Counted from the stretch's first letter, positions 11,712 through 23,018 are shown. The stretch is 64,000 nt of DNA from an uncultured Nitrososphaeraceae archaeon (GCA_963825865.1 CAWGVG010000005.1:1-64000), one strand, 5' to 3'. Numbers and translations: made by a program. Notes: generated from the sequence alone by a model not told the origin.

Positions 11712-13175
11712 ATGATACACACTCAACACTATGACCTCATTGTCATTGGTGGCGGCCCTGCTGGGCAGGGCGCGGCGGAGTTTGCCGCATTCGCCAGGCG
11801 ACGCACGTTGGTCATCGAGCGCAAAGTCCTTGGGGGCCTTGTGGTCACGACTGGCGGAGGGCCAACCAAGACGCTCCGTGAGGCGGCCCTGCATCTTACG
11901 GGTTTTCGCTACCGGGCCCTTTATGGACTGACTGAGCAACCAGACATAGGTATGGCAGTGGAGCGCACGCGTGCACGGACAAGGGAAGTTTCTTCTGCAT
12001 TGCAGAACTTTACTCACTCTGTCTTTGTAGACAAGTTAGGAGTCGATGTCGTCTATGGCTCGGCGTGTTTGGGCCCGAACCGCACCGTTATAGTCACTCC
12101 CCGCGAGGATTCAGAAACGGAACGCGTCTTCACATCACAGAAAATTCTGATCGCGACAGGGTCACGCCCATTTCATCCAGCGAACATCCCGTTCGATGAT
12201 CCCGACATTTTCGATTCGGAAGGGTTGCCAAAGCTTAAGCGTGTTCCTAAGAGCATCTTGGTCGTTGGAGGTGGCTCGATCGGTTGTGAGTTTGCTTCAA
12301 TTTTTAACGCCTTCGGGATTCCAGTGACGGTGGTTCAGTCTATGGATCATCTGCTGAGCACCATGGATAGCGAGCTGTCGCGTTTGTTATATAGGGTATT
12401 CGAAAACCAGGGGATGAGGATCGTGCTCGGCACAGGAGTGCACGCCGCCGGCCGGGTCAATGGCGAACTGCAGGTCACTTTGGAAACCGACGAGGTGCTC
12501 CGACCGGACATCGTGCTGTTTGCTACGGGCCGCACGGTTAACACTGAAGGCCTAGGTCTTGACGTCGCGGGAGTGAATTTGAACGCTCGAGGTATGGTTG
12601 AAGTAGACAACCACTTCCAGACCAGTGTCGAGGGAATTTACGCTGCTGGCGATGTAATCGGTCCTTCGCTAGCCTCGGTCTCGATGGAGCAAGGCCGGGT
12701 AGCGGCCTGTCATGCCTTGGGCCTTGGATTTAAGGAGAAGTTAGACCCATTGTCCGTGTCGGCAGTTTATTCAGTGCCGGAAGTGGCGGGAGTCGGATTG
12801 ACCGAAGATAACGCGAAGGAGCAAGGGATCGATTACGAAGTCGGACGTTGCAATTTTGGAGCAATCCCTCGCGGCATCATCTCGGGGGACTCGGATGGCA
12901 TCCTAAAACTGGTATTCCGTCGTCACGACCGCCGCTTACTAGGAGTCCATATCCTCGGCGACATTGCGTCAGAACTCATCGCCCTTGGACAGGCCACGCT
13001 TCACAATTCAGGCACGATTGACGTGTTTAATAACCTGACAGTTGCTACACCTACCTATACAATGGCCTACAAATATGCTGTATTTGACGGCTTCAAACGT
13101 TTGGCCGCCGGCGGCGGTCTCCAGACCTTTGGATCTGAACAGAAACGAGATCCTGTTGAATCTCATCAAACTTGA
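11712..13175 (+). CDS. sthA: Soluble pyridine nucleotide transhydrogenase-like flavoprotein
   Basis: GGGPAG, TKTLREAA, IATGSRP, GGGSIGCEFASIF, IYAAGDVIGPSLASVSMEQGR, TPTYTMAYKYA; visibly GC-richer than the flanks. Confidence 0.8.
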   Translation: MIHTQHYDLIVIGGGPAGQGAAEFAAFARRRTLVIERKVLGGLVVTTGGGPTKTLREAALHLTGFRYRALYGLTEQPDIGMAVERTRARTREVSSALQNFTHSVFVDKLGVDVVYGSACLGPNRTVIVTPREDSETERVFTSQKILIATGSRPFHPANIPFDDPDIFDSEGLPKLKRVPKSILVVGGGSIGCEFASIFNAFGIPVTVVQSMDHLLSTMDSELSRLLYRVFENQGMRIVLGTGVHAAGRVNGELQVTLETDEVLRPDIVLFATGRTVNTEGLGLDVAGVNLNARGMVEVDNHFQTSVEGIYAAGDVIGPSLASVSMEQGRVAACHALGLGFKEKLDPLSVSAVYSVPEVAGVGLTEDNAKEQGIDYEVGRCNFGAIPRGIISGDSDGILKLVFRRHDRRLLGVHILGDIASELIALGQATLHNSGTIDVFNNLTVATPTYTMAYKYAVFDGFKRLAAGGGLQTFGSEQKRDPVESHQT

Positions 13176-13306
13176 ATAGACCTGACCAACTTTTGGATAT
13201 AGTCTCTCATATGTAGCAAGGTAAATCTAATAATTGAACATGTAGTTAGTACAGGCAACATATGTATGATAGGTCTTGATACATACCAGGGGAATAATCC
13301 GTAGGA

Positions 13307-13762
13307 GTGAAATTGGTAGCTGCTTCAGTTAAAGAAGGCACTGAAATTTTGATAGGAGGTAAACAGATAGGAAACAGGGGTTATTTCTATAGGCCAACAG
13401 TTCTCAAGAATGTTACCCCAAAAATGCATATAGCACAGGAAGAGATATTTGGTCCAGTTGCCCTCATTATTGTAGCCGGTGACGAAGTTGAAGCTATAAA
13501 GCTTGCTAATGATTCTGAATATGGTCTTGGAGCAAGTATATGGACTCAGGATCTAGATAAGGCAGAGGGATTGTCAGCTGTTGTGCAATCAGGTATAGTA
13601 TCTGTCAATAATGTAGTAATTTCTGATCCAAGAATTCGGTTTGGAGGCATTAAGAAGAGTGGCTTTGGAAGAGAGTCGTCAAGATACGGGACACTAGAGT
13701 TTGCTAACATCAAATCAATCAGATTCTACGATCGACTAGTTGACCAACACCACGTGGAATAA
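13307..13762 (+). pseudogene. Aldehyde dehydrogenase C-terminal fragment
   Basis: EEIFGPV, ANDSEYGLGASIWT, FGGIKKSGFGRE; N-terminal two-thirds absent. Confidence 0.85.
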
Positions 13763-14672
13763 TTTATTGAATAATAAAGATCAAAACAAAAAATAATTGA
13801 TGATGGTAGCGATGATGAGGCTGTAATCAATATTGCATCCAAATATTTAATTTACACGGCTAGAGTCCGAGACCAAGATCATTGTCAAGTGCAAGTGGAA
13901 AGAACACAACCCAGCAATAAATATCCCGAAATCTTTTTACTCTTTCTTAATGTTGACATGTTGTCAGATGATATGAAGCTTCTGATCTAGTATGATTGTA
14001 GTCTGATGCGATCTATATTAATCAATACCTATTAGGCTATAGAATGTGAAATCTTGTTACTTCGATTTTTTATGCCACACATTACTACTACTTTTCCGTT
14101 GTTGGTTGTTGCATAATTTCACCGGCATCATATGCTCTTCGTTTTGACCACAGTGCTCCGATCATTCCCATAATAACAATCTGAATAATACCAAACGTTG
14201 CAACCATAACGCCCACATTTGGTTGGTTGGAAAAAACCTGTGCAGCTACTAATAGACCAAGTCCTACATTGCGTACTGCAGAGTCAAAAGCAAGTGATCG
14301 CTTGGTAGCAATCTGAGGACCTCCAAATATATATCCTAGCATAGCAGAAACTACAACACTTATGATACTCGTTATAATTCCCAGTGACCCGATCAAGGAT
14401 TGAAATCCGCTTATATTTGTTGCAACCATGCCCACAATAACTATTGGGAAGGACACATTAGAGACCTTTAATGCCACTGGCCTATATTTCTGAGCATTAG
14501 TTGAATACTTACTACTAACGAAAAGCCCAATAATCAAAGGAAGTATATATATGACGAGAATTTGACCAAGTAATGGCAAAGGATTAATCGATGCATAATC
14601 CAATGAAGAAGGACCAAGAAATACACTGAGCCATAGAGGGGTTGCGATTACTGTCAACACGGAAAGAACAAA

Positions 14673-15718
14673 AGATCTCTTGTGTAATTAGAAGCTTAGA
14701 GCTATATTCCTCTTCACATAGGATATCTATCTGACAAGCTCTTTGATGTCCTATAGCAAATTATGTAAGAAACCTTTGATATTCAGGTCATTTACCGGAG
14801 TAACTGTATCTGAATTTGAATCCATTTGTAACGAAATTGAACATAACTACGAAGAGCACGAAAGAAGACGTCTTCTATCAAGGACGAGAATACGGGATAT
14901 AGGTGCTGGTAGACCATTTAAGCTTAAAGTTAAAGAAAGATTCGTTATGCTTCTAGTATACTACAGATTATACATTACATATACATTATCAGGATTTCTG
15001 TTTGACCTTGATCAAAGCAATGTTTGTAGAGATATATCAATGATGGAACCACTTATCAAGGAGTGTATTCCATTGCCAAAGAAGATATACAAACGTACTA
15101 GGAGATTAAGAACTATAGATGAAGTAGAAGAGGACTTTCCTGGATTCAAGGCTTTCATAGACTCTACAGAACAAGAAATTCCAAGACCTAAGAACAAAAG
15201 AAGAAGGAAGAGTTACTATTCAGGTAGAAAGAAGAAACATACTGTCAAGACACAATTGATGGTAAACAGTGAAGGATTGATACTGCATAAGACAGGTCAC
15301 AGAAGTGGAAGAAAACATGATTATGACATTTACAAACACAATCATTCTATAACTCCATCACAAGTTGAAAACATAGTTGATCTTGGTTATCTTGGCATTG
15401 AAAAGGACTTTCCCACTGTAAAGTCTGTACTTTGTATCAAAAAGAAAAAGGGTACATTGCTTTCATGTGATGAAAGAACTTACAACAAGAATCATTCTAG
15501 GCTAAGGATCATAGTAGAACATACCATATGTAAGATCAAAAAGTTTGGAATAATGGGTACGAAATTTAGAAACAGATTAAGGAAGTACAATAACGTATCT
15601 GATATAATATCCGGTCTCCTGAACTTCAGAGTTATACAGTCTGACAGCATTTCAATCTAAGAAGACGGCTAAAACAAGTAGGGTGTTAGACTATAGCTGC
15701 TAATTACGCAAGAGATCT
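14673..15718 (+). mobile_element. IS5-family (ISL2-like) insertion sequence, copy 1
   Basis: TIRs AGATCTCTTGTGTAATTAG / CTAATTACGCAAGAGATCT; 3-bp target duplication AAA. Confidence 0.92.
14743..15660 (+). CDS. Transposase (HTH_Tnp_4 + DDE_Tnp_4 type)
   Basis: FRSFTG, IDSTEQEIPRP, YYSGRKKKHTVKTQ, GRKHD, DLGYLG, RIIVEHTI. Confidence 0.92.
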   Translation: MMSYSKLCKKPLIFRSFTGVTVSEFESICNEIEHNYEEHERRRLLSRTRIRDIGAGRPFKLKVKERFVMLLVYYRLYITYTLSGFLFDLDQSNVCRDISMMEPLIKECIPLPKKIYKRTRRLRTIDEVEEDFPGFKAFIDSTEQEIPRPKNKRRRKSYYSGRKKKHTVKTQLMVNSEGLILHKTGHRSGRKHDYDIYKHNHSITPSQVENIVDLGYLGIEKDFPTVKSVLCIKKKKGTLLSCDERTYNKNHSRLRIIVEHTICKIKKFGIMGTKFRNRLRKYNNVSDIISGLLNFRVIQSDSISI

Positions 15719-16064
15719 AAACATCATTGTAACTGCAAAGGGCACGTCGGACTTGGCTATTTGGGCTAACTTTGGACCAAATGGAGCCCCTGCAGAAATT
15801 GAAACCACAAGAAAGCCAAGGGCTATGACTTCATCCATAGGTATTATTTTAGTCATTATCCTAATACATTTTTAATCTGCCTTAAGCTCAATCCCAAACC
15901 GATAGAAACCATCGTAGAAATAATAAATATTAAAAGAAAGGTGTTTGTAAAAACTTCAAGTCCTTCCATAATTTGTAATCATCATCTGTGTTTAAGAAAA
16001 TGATAGACGAACTATAAAAATAAATGGTTTGTTTAGCATGACAAAATCATGTCAGATAGACAAA

Positions 16065-16172
16065 CAAAGGAAGACCTGAAGAGTGGCAATATGGCTTCAT
16101 GTATAGCAATTGGTGTCTTTCTTTTGCAAGAGGCAACACCATTGTAATAGATGATGGAACTATGTTATGGTA
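16065..16172 (+). pseudogene. SDR C-terminal relic
   Basis: GRPEE/VANMAS...SFARGNTIVIDDGTML. Confidence 0.4.
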
Positions 16173-16401
16173 GTACTACGGAGGAACTGTTTGGTTATAA
16201 TATCGAAATAGGTCAGTCTTTATGCAGATTTTTTATATAACTCTTCTTCAGGTCTTTGAATGTCATTACTATGTTTCTTATATACAGTAACAGCATCATC
16301 AACTTTATGTTTTTCTAATTCAAGTTCGATAGATGATGATTTATCTGATACAAACTTTATGGCATCATCTACCACAGCAGCATCTGTGAATAAATAAATA
16401 A

Positions 16402-16497
16402 CTTCAGCAGGCCAAGGAGATTGCGGCAGGGATCGTCTTTCTGGCTAGCCCGGGCGCGTCCTGAATCATCAGCACGGTGCTCTACGTCGCTAATCAT
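16402..16497 (+). pseudogene. GC-rich SDR C-terminal relic
   Basis: QAKEIAAGIVFLASPGAS*IISTVLYV. Confidence 0.5.
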
Positions 16498-16546
16498 AGC
16501 AGCGTAAATATCTCCCTCAATTCTTACAAACTTAAAAAATACTAAC

Positions 16547-17318
16547 ATGAGTAAACAAGTTATGAAAAAGCTTGAAGGAAAAGTCCCAGTGATAACTGGC
16601 GGAAACAGCGGGATAGGCCTCGCCACGGCACAGCGGTTCGTCGCAGAGGAGGGCGCATATGTTTTCATTACCGGCCGCCGTCAAGGTGAACTTGATGCAG
16701 CAGTCAAGCAGATCGGCAAAAACATCACCGGTGTTCAGGGTGACGTCTCAAACCTCGCAGATCTTGACCGGTTGTATGCCAAGGTGAAGGAGCAGAAGGG
16801 CCATATCGACATTCTGTTTGCAAACGCCGGCGTTGGAGAATTAGTTCCATTGGGGGCAATTACCGAAGCGCACTTTGACAAAACGTTCGAGATCAATGTG
16901 AAAGGACTTCTGTTCACCGTGCAAAAAGCACTTCCGCTATTTCAGGACAGCGGCGGTTCGATCATTTTGAATGCTTCGATAGCCGCATCCAAATGAGTCG
17001 GGGCGTCAAGCGTTTACAACGCAACCAAAGCTCGCCATACGGTCGTTCGCTCGCACCTGGACGGTCGAGCTGAAACACCGCAAGATCCGAGTCAACGCGA
17101 TCAGTCCTGGCCCGATCGACACGCCGATCTTCAATGGCTTGGCGCAGAGTGAAGAACAGATCGAGCAGTTCAAGACGAGCTTTGTATCCACCGTGCCGCT
17201 GGGCAGGATGGGCAGCTCCGACGAAATTGCGAAAGCCGTCTCGTTCCTCGCGTCAGATGACAGCAGTTATGTCACCGGCATCGAACTGTTCGTCGATGGG
17301 GGTATGGCACAAATCTAG
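16547..17318 (+). CDS. Short-chain dehydrogenase/reductase, frameshifted near 16995-17035, GC-rich
   Basis: [59 protein letters not shown]. Confidence 0.9.
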
Positions 17319-17544
17319 GTAAGTGAGCTTCTTGTACAAATAATAATCATTGCTACTGTCTAAAGATGCTTGCACTACCTATAAGCATACAAAAAATAAA
17401 AAATATTGTAGATTGTGATATTTTTGTCAGTTCTTTTAGATTAAGGAATTCTTATTTATCTAGTGCCTCGCCTGAAGAATATATCACTGGCTTTGCATAT
17501 AAAATTAAATGAGTTAATTTTCTAATAACTAAGTTGCATCTTAC

Positions 17545-17665
17545 CTTTGGACATAGAAGATACAAACCTAATGGCATCGTCAACTACAGTAGCATTAGTT
17601 AATAGTTCAAGCTTCATAGAATAACACCCTTTAGCCAAAGACAATGCCTTGCATCTTTTTTTATC
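17545..17665 (-). pseudogene. C-terminal fragment of the multicopy HTH protein family
   Basis: ALSLAKGCYSMKLELLTNATVVDDAIRFVS, nearly the same as in 39678-39926. Confidence 0.75.
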
Positions 17666-17679
17666 CCTTTTTTGACTTA

Positions 17680-19413
17680 TCAGATAGCTGGTTTTATTAA
17701 AATTACTCCCCAGAAGCGATTACCTAATTGAATTGGCCGATAAATTGATAACATCTTTGTACCACTAACTGTTTCAAATGTTGATCCTGTATTTCCCTTT
17801 CTTACTGCTTTTACACTGTTAAGATAACTAAGGTCTTCTAATTTAGTTGAAGAGATATTATTGTTATTTGCAGCTGAAGAAGAAGGAGAATAATCTACTA
17901 TTGCTGTACCGTTATGATCAACAATAACTATTCTTTCATCATTTGTAAGATCCAAGTTTTTTATGCTTCCCTGTATGTCGAGTAAATCTAATATTCCAAC
18001 CCAATATCCAGAAATGGGTTTATGGCTATTGGTGGCTTTACTATTAGTAGTGTTATTATCTTGAAGAGCATACACCGGAGTTGCTATCGCTATCGCCGGC
18101 GCGTGAATGGAAGCTGACATAAATACTGAACTTATGTAAGTGTTGTTAGTAGCTGTTACCCCTTTATACCAATCTCTATCAGCATAGTTTAATCTAGGAA
18201 GTTGTTTTTGATCTGAAAATGGCTCTCCAAAGTATACGTCTGCATCTGGGGTAAGAAAGTATATGTTCCTAGTATCCTTATCTCTTGCCAGAATGTCTTG
18301 AGCTATTTTTCTTTTTGGCAAATCCATATTGGCTGGAATTCCCATGTACTTTTTAGTTATAAAATTTGCAGTTGACAAATTTTGAATAACAGGATCCTGG
18401 CTTGTTATCTCCAAAAGGTTAACTGCATCATGCAGTCTGTTTCTAACCATATCAGCCAACAGTTTTACGACATTGTGCTGTGTGGCTGTTGTTGTTGTTA
18501 TTATCATCTTATTTTGTTTCTCAATTGTCGAACTCTGATTTGAAGGAGAAGAATAATGACGATAGCCATTTGTTGCATTGTTGTTTATTGTCAAATGATA
18601 AGTTGTTTCAAAATCCCATCCTGATGGAAATGCAAAGGAACTACTAATATTATTAGAGGTTCCTACTTCTGCTATCTTTGTTTGTTGTTGTACTCCTCCT
18701 TTAAACACTATTTTATGATTGCCAGGAGAAAGTGGTTTTAAGAAAACCCAATTGCCATCTGCTATTGCTTGTGTAGTAATATTAGCTGGCATTCCAAGGA
18801 TATTATTTTGAGGCAAAGTAAAATTGAAAGGTGGTGAGCTAATGCGATATTTTTGTAGATTGGGTATAGGAACTCCATCCACACTTGCATTAAGTATAGT
18901 AACGTGGTCCTGAATAATTTTGGCACATACACGTAATTCGGATAATGTCCTAAGCTTTGGAAATTCAGCAAAAGAACTTTCCGAGTTCAAAATAGGAAAT
19001 AAGATGGCTTTTCCGGCTGGAATATCACATTTCCGATTAACAGGATGTCCATATGTACCTGCTAAAAACCATACAGGACCTTCTTGCTTTTGAGCACAAA
19101 GTTTGCCTGTGTCGTCGTATGCAGGGTTGATATTTTTTGGTATAGAATAACCCCATTGCCACCATTTAGCAGTCCATTCACCATAAGTTAGACCATAGGG
19201 TTTAAAGTCTGCTGAAAAAACTGCTATTTGGCTGTTGTTAGCATTGTTATCATTAGCATTGCTATTAGAAGAATATTTACTACTATTAGTTTGAGACTGA
19301 AAAGATAAAGAAGGAGTCAGAACAATAATTGCAGATAGAACCAGTATAGATAGGCAGTGAATAATTGCTGTTGTAAATCTCTTCTTTTTCTGATTTCTTT
19401 TTATTATTTGCAT
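17680..19413 (-). CDS. Exported protein: conserved 'YGEWTAKWWQW' domain fused to a dCache-like sensor domain
   Basis: N-terminal TM/signal; GPVWFLAGT, ADGNWVFLKPLSPGNH; Cache motifs YADRDWYK, YISSVF, IAIATPV, IVDHNG. Confidence 0.75.
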   Translation of the reverse strand: MQIIKRNQKKKRFTTAIIHCLSILVLSAIIVLTPSLSFQSQTNSSKYSSNSNANDNNANNSQIAVFSADFKPYGLTYGEWTAKWWQWGYSIPKNINPAYDDTGKLCAQKQEGPVWFLAGTYGHPVNRKCDIPAGKAILFPILNSESSFAEFPKLRTLSELRVCAKIIQDHVTILNASVDGVPIPNLQKYRISSPPFNFTLPQNNILGMPANITTQAIADGNWVFLKPLSPGNHKIVFKGGVQQQTKIAEVGTSNNISSSFAFPSGWDFETTYHLTINNNATNGYRHYSSPSNQSSTIEKQNKMIITTTTATQHNVVKLLADMVRNRLHDAVNLLEITSQDPVIQNLSTANFITKKYMGIPANMDLPKRKIAQDILARDKDTRNIYFLTPDADVYFGEPFSDQKQLPRLNYADRDWYKGVTATNNTYISSVFMSASIHAPAIAIATPVYALQDNNTTNSKATNSHKPISGYWVGILDLLDIQGSIKNLDLTNDERIVIVDHNGTAIVDYSPSSSAANNNNISSTKLEDLSYLNSVKAVRKGNTGSTFETVSGTKMLSIYRPIQLGNRFWGVILIKPAI

Positions 19414-19502
19414 ATGTAATTACTCTGAAGGTAGATGTGTCAACCGGTTATAAAATGAAGCTGAGGAATCCTATAATAGTTCTGCTCGTCAGCAAAATTA
19501 TA

Positions 19503-21223
19503 CTAGTCATCCCACCATCTAAAATACAAAACGTTACGTTTACTTAATATTTCTCCAAGTGGCAATTCTATATGTCTAGGTACACTGTTAAGCTTCTCAC
19601 TTAGAGCCTTACCAACGGCTCCGCATGTCTGTTCATGGTCGGCTAGTTCAAAAAGCAACTCTTTAAGGTCAGCAGGCAGATGTTCACAATGGCTCAATAT
19701 AGAAAAAGATATAGCAAAAGCCAACTTTTTGTTAGTAGCTAGTTCAAAAAGCAACTCTTTAAGGTCAGCAGGCAGATGTTCATAATTAGAAACAATAGCC
19801 CAAATCACCTGTGAAGCTTTTCCTTCATCCTTAGCTAGCTTAAATAGCAAATCCCTTACGTTCTCTGGTAGCATATCATAATTAGAAGCTACAGCATAGG
19901 CTACTGATCTAATTACATCATCACTTTTTTTATCGGCTAGCTTAAATAGCAAATCCCTTACGTTCTCTGGCAGCTTATCATAATTAGAAGCTATAGAAAT
20001 AGCAAGATACCAAGGTGGTTTTTCATAATTCGTTCATTACAAGATATGGTTTCAGGAATAGCATCAGGCGAATTTCCCTCATCAGACATCTTAAAAAGTA
20101 GATTCCTCACATTTTCAGGCAGTTTGTCATAGTTACAAGATATGGTTTCAGCAATATTCATTGCGGAACCCATGATTGCTTTATCACCCATATCCAATAG
20201 TAATTTATTTCTAACATTGTCCTTGATGTTATTGAAATTATGACGAATAATACTGACAAGTGCAGACTCTGCAGCGCTATGGTCTGCCAGCTTCAATAGT
20301 AATTTATTTCTAAAGTCAGAAGTCAAATTATCAAAATTATACTCTATAAATATAGATACGTCCCAAGCTGTCTCTTCATAGTCAGCTAGTTTAAACAACA
20401 CTTTGCTAAATATTTCAGTATTTATTTCAGTAGGAATTTCATCATCTTCTAAAAGAAGGAATTGTAATGCTTCAGAGTATGAGGGATGTGCAAACCTCAA
20501 GTATTGTCCACTAATAGCAATTTTATCATCTTTGAAATCTCGAACTTTTTTAAATAACCATTCATCCTTTTCTATGCCTATAATGTCAAGCATTTCTTCA
20601 TATTCCCTTTTGATAAAATCAACAGAAAAGAGATCTGAGATAAATGGAAATGAAAGAAGTAGTATCTTTTCTTTTGTCATATCCTTGACCTCTTTTGCAA
20701 AAACCTCCGCTGTTTCCTTTGATTTTGCATTCATTATGTCTAACAATTCTTGTTTACTAGTAATGTAGTGTTTGTTACTTGTTGCCATAACGAAATCTTT
20801 GATGTTCAAAGGTGTTGGTAGCATGGTTTCAGATTCTATAGATTGTAAAACTGCATTCTTTAGTTTTTCATCTTTGAGCCATCCGCAGTTCATTGCTTCA
20901 GCCCATCTAAGGAGCATTTCTTTTCTCTTATCATAATTGTAAGAGCGTTGCTGTATGTTTAGTTGTTTTACAAACTTTGGAATATCTGTTTTACCTAGGG
21001 GTCGGAATTTATTATATATTCCTTCTCTCATAGTTATTACTATATAGACATCTTCATGATGAAGGACGTCCATAAGTCGTCTAATATTATTTTCAAATTT
21101 GTCGTTTGGTACATATTCTGTCTTCCCTACTGGATCCTCAAAATAGATAATGTGATGTCTTAATTTATGGCTTAAGCTTGCTAAACCGTCTATAATTTTG
21201 GATGATTCCTCTGATCTTTCCAC
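19503..21223 (-). CDS. STAND-like (nSTAND3-like) NTPase remnant with C-terminal HEAT-like repeats, split near 19960-20030
   Basis: IIYFEDPVGKT (Walker B-like), IVITMRE, LRFAHPSYSEAL; at least six NYD/EKLPENVRNLLFKLA-type repeats; no Walker A seen. Confidence 0.6.
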
Positions 21224-21404
21224 TAGACATCGTATTGAGCTGTTGGATTTTCTTGAAGGTCACGTTGAGCCCAGAAACCTCTGTATCATATGTGGAAAGG
21301 AAGTTATATCAAATGAGCAAGTTCGTAAGCACATGAGAGATCATCATTTGGGCTTTGGAGCAAAAGAATGCCGTAAGAATTCTTTTAGAAAAGTGCAAGT
21401 CTGA
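21198..21404 (+). CDS. Small C2H2 zinc-finger protein
   Basis: CIIC-x12-HMRDHH. Confidence 0.5.
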   Translation: MDDSSDLSTRHRIELLDFLEGHVEPRNLCIICGKEVISNEQVRKHMRDHHLGFGAKECRKNSFRKVQV

Positions 21405-21714
21405 AGATGGCCAGATGTCAATAGTGTCTGGTTGAAGAAAAATAATAGTTCTTCTTTGAGTTTTATAGTTCCAATTTGAGCAGTTAGGATGCCGCTTGTT
21501 GTTCTTTTTTCAACACATCCACCAAACTAAATGGCTTGTATTGTTCGATCATCTTTTGTTTTTGTTCAGATCTATCTTTGTAATCCATCTTGCCACGAAA
21601 ACCTATAGTCCACTGTCTATCTTTTTGATATGCTTCACCACTAGTTTTTCCTTTTCTATTACCCTTTATGATATCACTTACTTCTTTAGTTTACTATCAT
21701 ATACACCAGGATTC

Positions 21715-22183
21715 TTAATCCATTGCCGGATAGATGTCATATGTAGTAGTCATGCTTCCTGGCTGGCCGCGGCGCGTGACGTCTAGCACATTTTTGCTCT
21801 TTGAAAGCCAGAACAAGATTGTTCTAGCATCCCTTGATCCACGCTCCCATATGGAAAGTTCAGATGGGTGGTTCGGGTCGGTAATATCGTAGCACTCGAA
21901 GTAATACCGTTCTGAGAATTTGCCTTCGACTATTTCCCTTGTCTTAAAGTCCTTGTATGGAACTATCTCTTCAGAATGCTGTCCTGTGAATGAAAGGCGC
22001 TTGTGTTCTCCGTCATACGTAAACTTGACAAATCTCTTTCCTCCCAGCAAGCCATTTGAAGAATTTTGCTGTTGCTGCCTTGTTATCAAGCTTCTGCAGA
22101 GAAGCCTGAATCTTTCGCCTGGTCTCTTCGTCAAAAACTTGTTGGTTCTGTTCCTTGTTTAATTCTTGTGTTATTGATTCCAT
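21715..22183 (-). CDS. Mobile-element hypothetical protein, possibly SSB-like (frameshift near 22070)
   Basis: MESITQELNK.. joins FVKFTYDGEHKRLSF..YYFECYDITDP..IWERG..VTRRG...TTYDIYP. Confidence 0.5.
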
Positions 22184-22401
22184 TTTTCTTTTTCACTTTT
22201 TGCTTTTTGTTTTGTTGAATACTTTTATCAAAGCACTCAAACATACAAGCACTAATCACTATTATAAATGTTACTAAAGACCAGAAACGATATGTCGTCT
22301 AGCAGCCTACGGTTGTTGTAGTTGTTAGAGCTGTTCAAGTAGCTTCAAGAAAAATAAAAGCTGATATCGATGTGTACGTAGAGTATTTTATTCACAAAAA
22401 A

Positions 22402-22587
22402 ATGAAACTAGAAGTTGAACTATTCGAGCTGACATCAATAATAGCTTCTCTCGGAAAGAGCAGCCACTATTTTGAAGAGGTAACAAATGATCAACGAACT
22501 GCAGATTGGCTCATGCGAATAAGGCATAAACTTATTGAGCAAGGAGAAAAACAGGGAGCGTTGAAGGACTATTTTACTAAAGGCTAA
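22402..22587 (+). CDS. Small hypothetical protein
   Basis: MKLEVELFELTSIIASLGKS.. with plausible composition; abuts the opposing gene. Confidence 0.4.
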   Translation: MKLEVELFELTSIIASLGKSSHYFEEVTNDQRTADWLMRIRHKLIEQGEKQGALKDYFTKG

Positions 22588-23018
22588 CCAGTATTTCTAA
22601 AGCGATCTGTAAAATCAGAACGACAGTCAGCAGGATGTATAACTGATATCTTCTTTAGCTTCTTATTTATCTGGTAACGATTTATTGCCTGCTGCGTCTT
22701 TCGTTTGCTATTGTATTGACCAACAAAAATATCGTTAGCAGTGTCAAGGATTGTTAGAGGAAACTGCAATGCGTTTTCTTCTTCTTCATCCTGATCTCTT
22801 GATTTCCCTTCGTTGGCATAACTGATTTCTCCGTCACGTAACATGACGCAGTCAAAGCATGTCTGTTTGCTAGGATAGCCCCATTCGCCGCAGTATATCT
22901 CTGGATAGACTTTCTTTCTGCCGCAATATCTGCAAAACTTATTTGGAGGTCTCCTTCTTTCCCTGTTACTATTACCTTTCTCTCTGACAGGAGAGTTTAG
23001 AGAATTTGTTTTGACCAT
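22584..23018 (-). CDS. Cys-rich hypothetical protein
   Basis: CRYC...CFDC pairs; co-oriented with the upstream P-loop gene. Confidence 0.5.
   Translation of the reverse strand: MVKTNSLNSPVREKGNSNRERRRPPNKFCRYCGRKKVYPEIYCGEWGYPSKQTCFDCVMLRDGEISYANEGKSRDQDEEEENALQFPLTILDTANDIFVGQYNSKRKTQQAINRYQINKKLKKISVIHPADCRSDFTDRFRNTG

Larger units (their letters stand above)
14088..15969 (-). pseudogene. Bile acid:sodium symporter family transporter interrupted by an IS
   Basis: 5' part MEGLEVF..MVSIGLGLS..AGAPFGPKLAQIAKSDVPFAVTMM joins in frame to FVLSVLTVIATPLW..VRNVGLGL once the IS and one AAA are removed. Confidence 0.85.
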
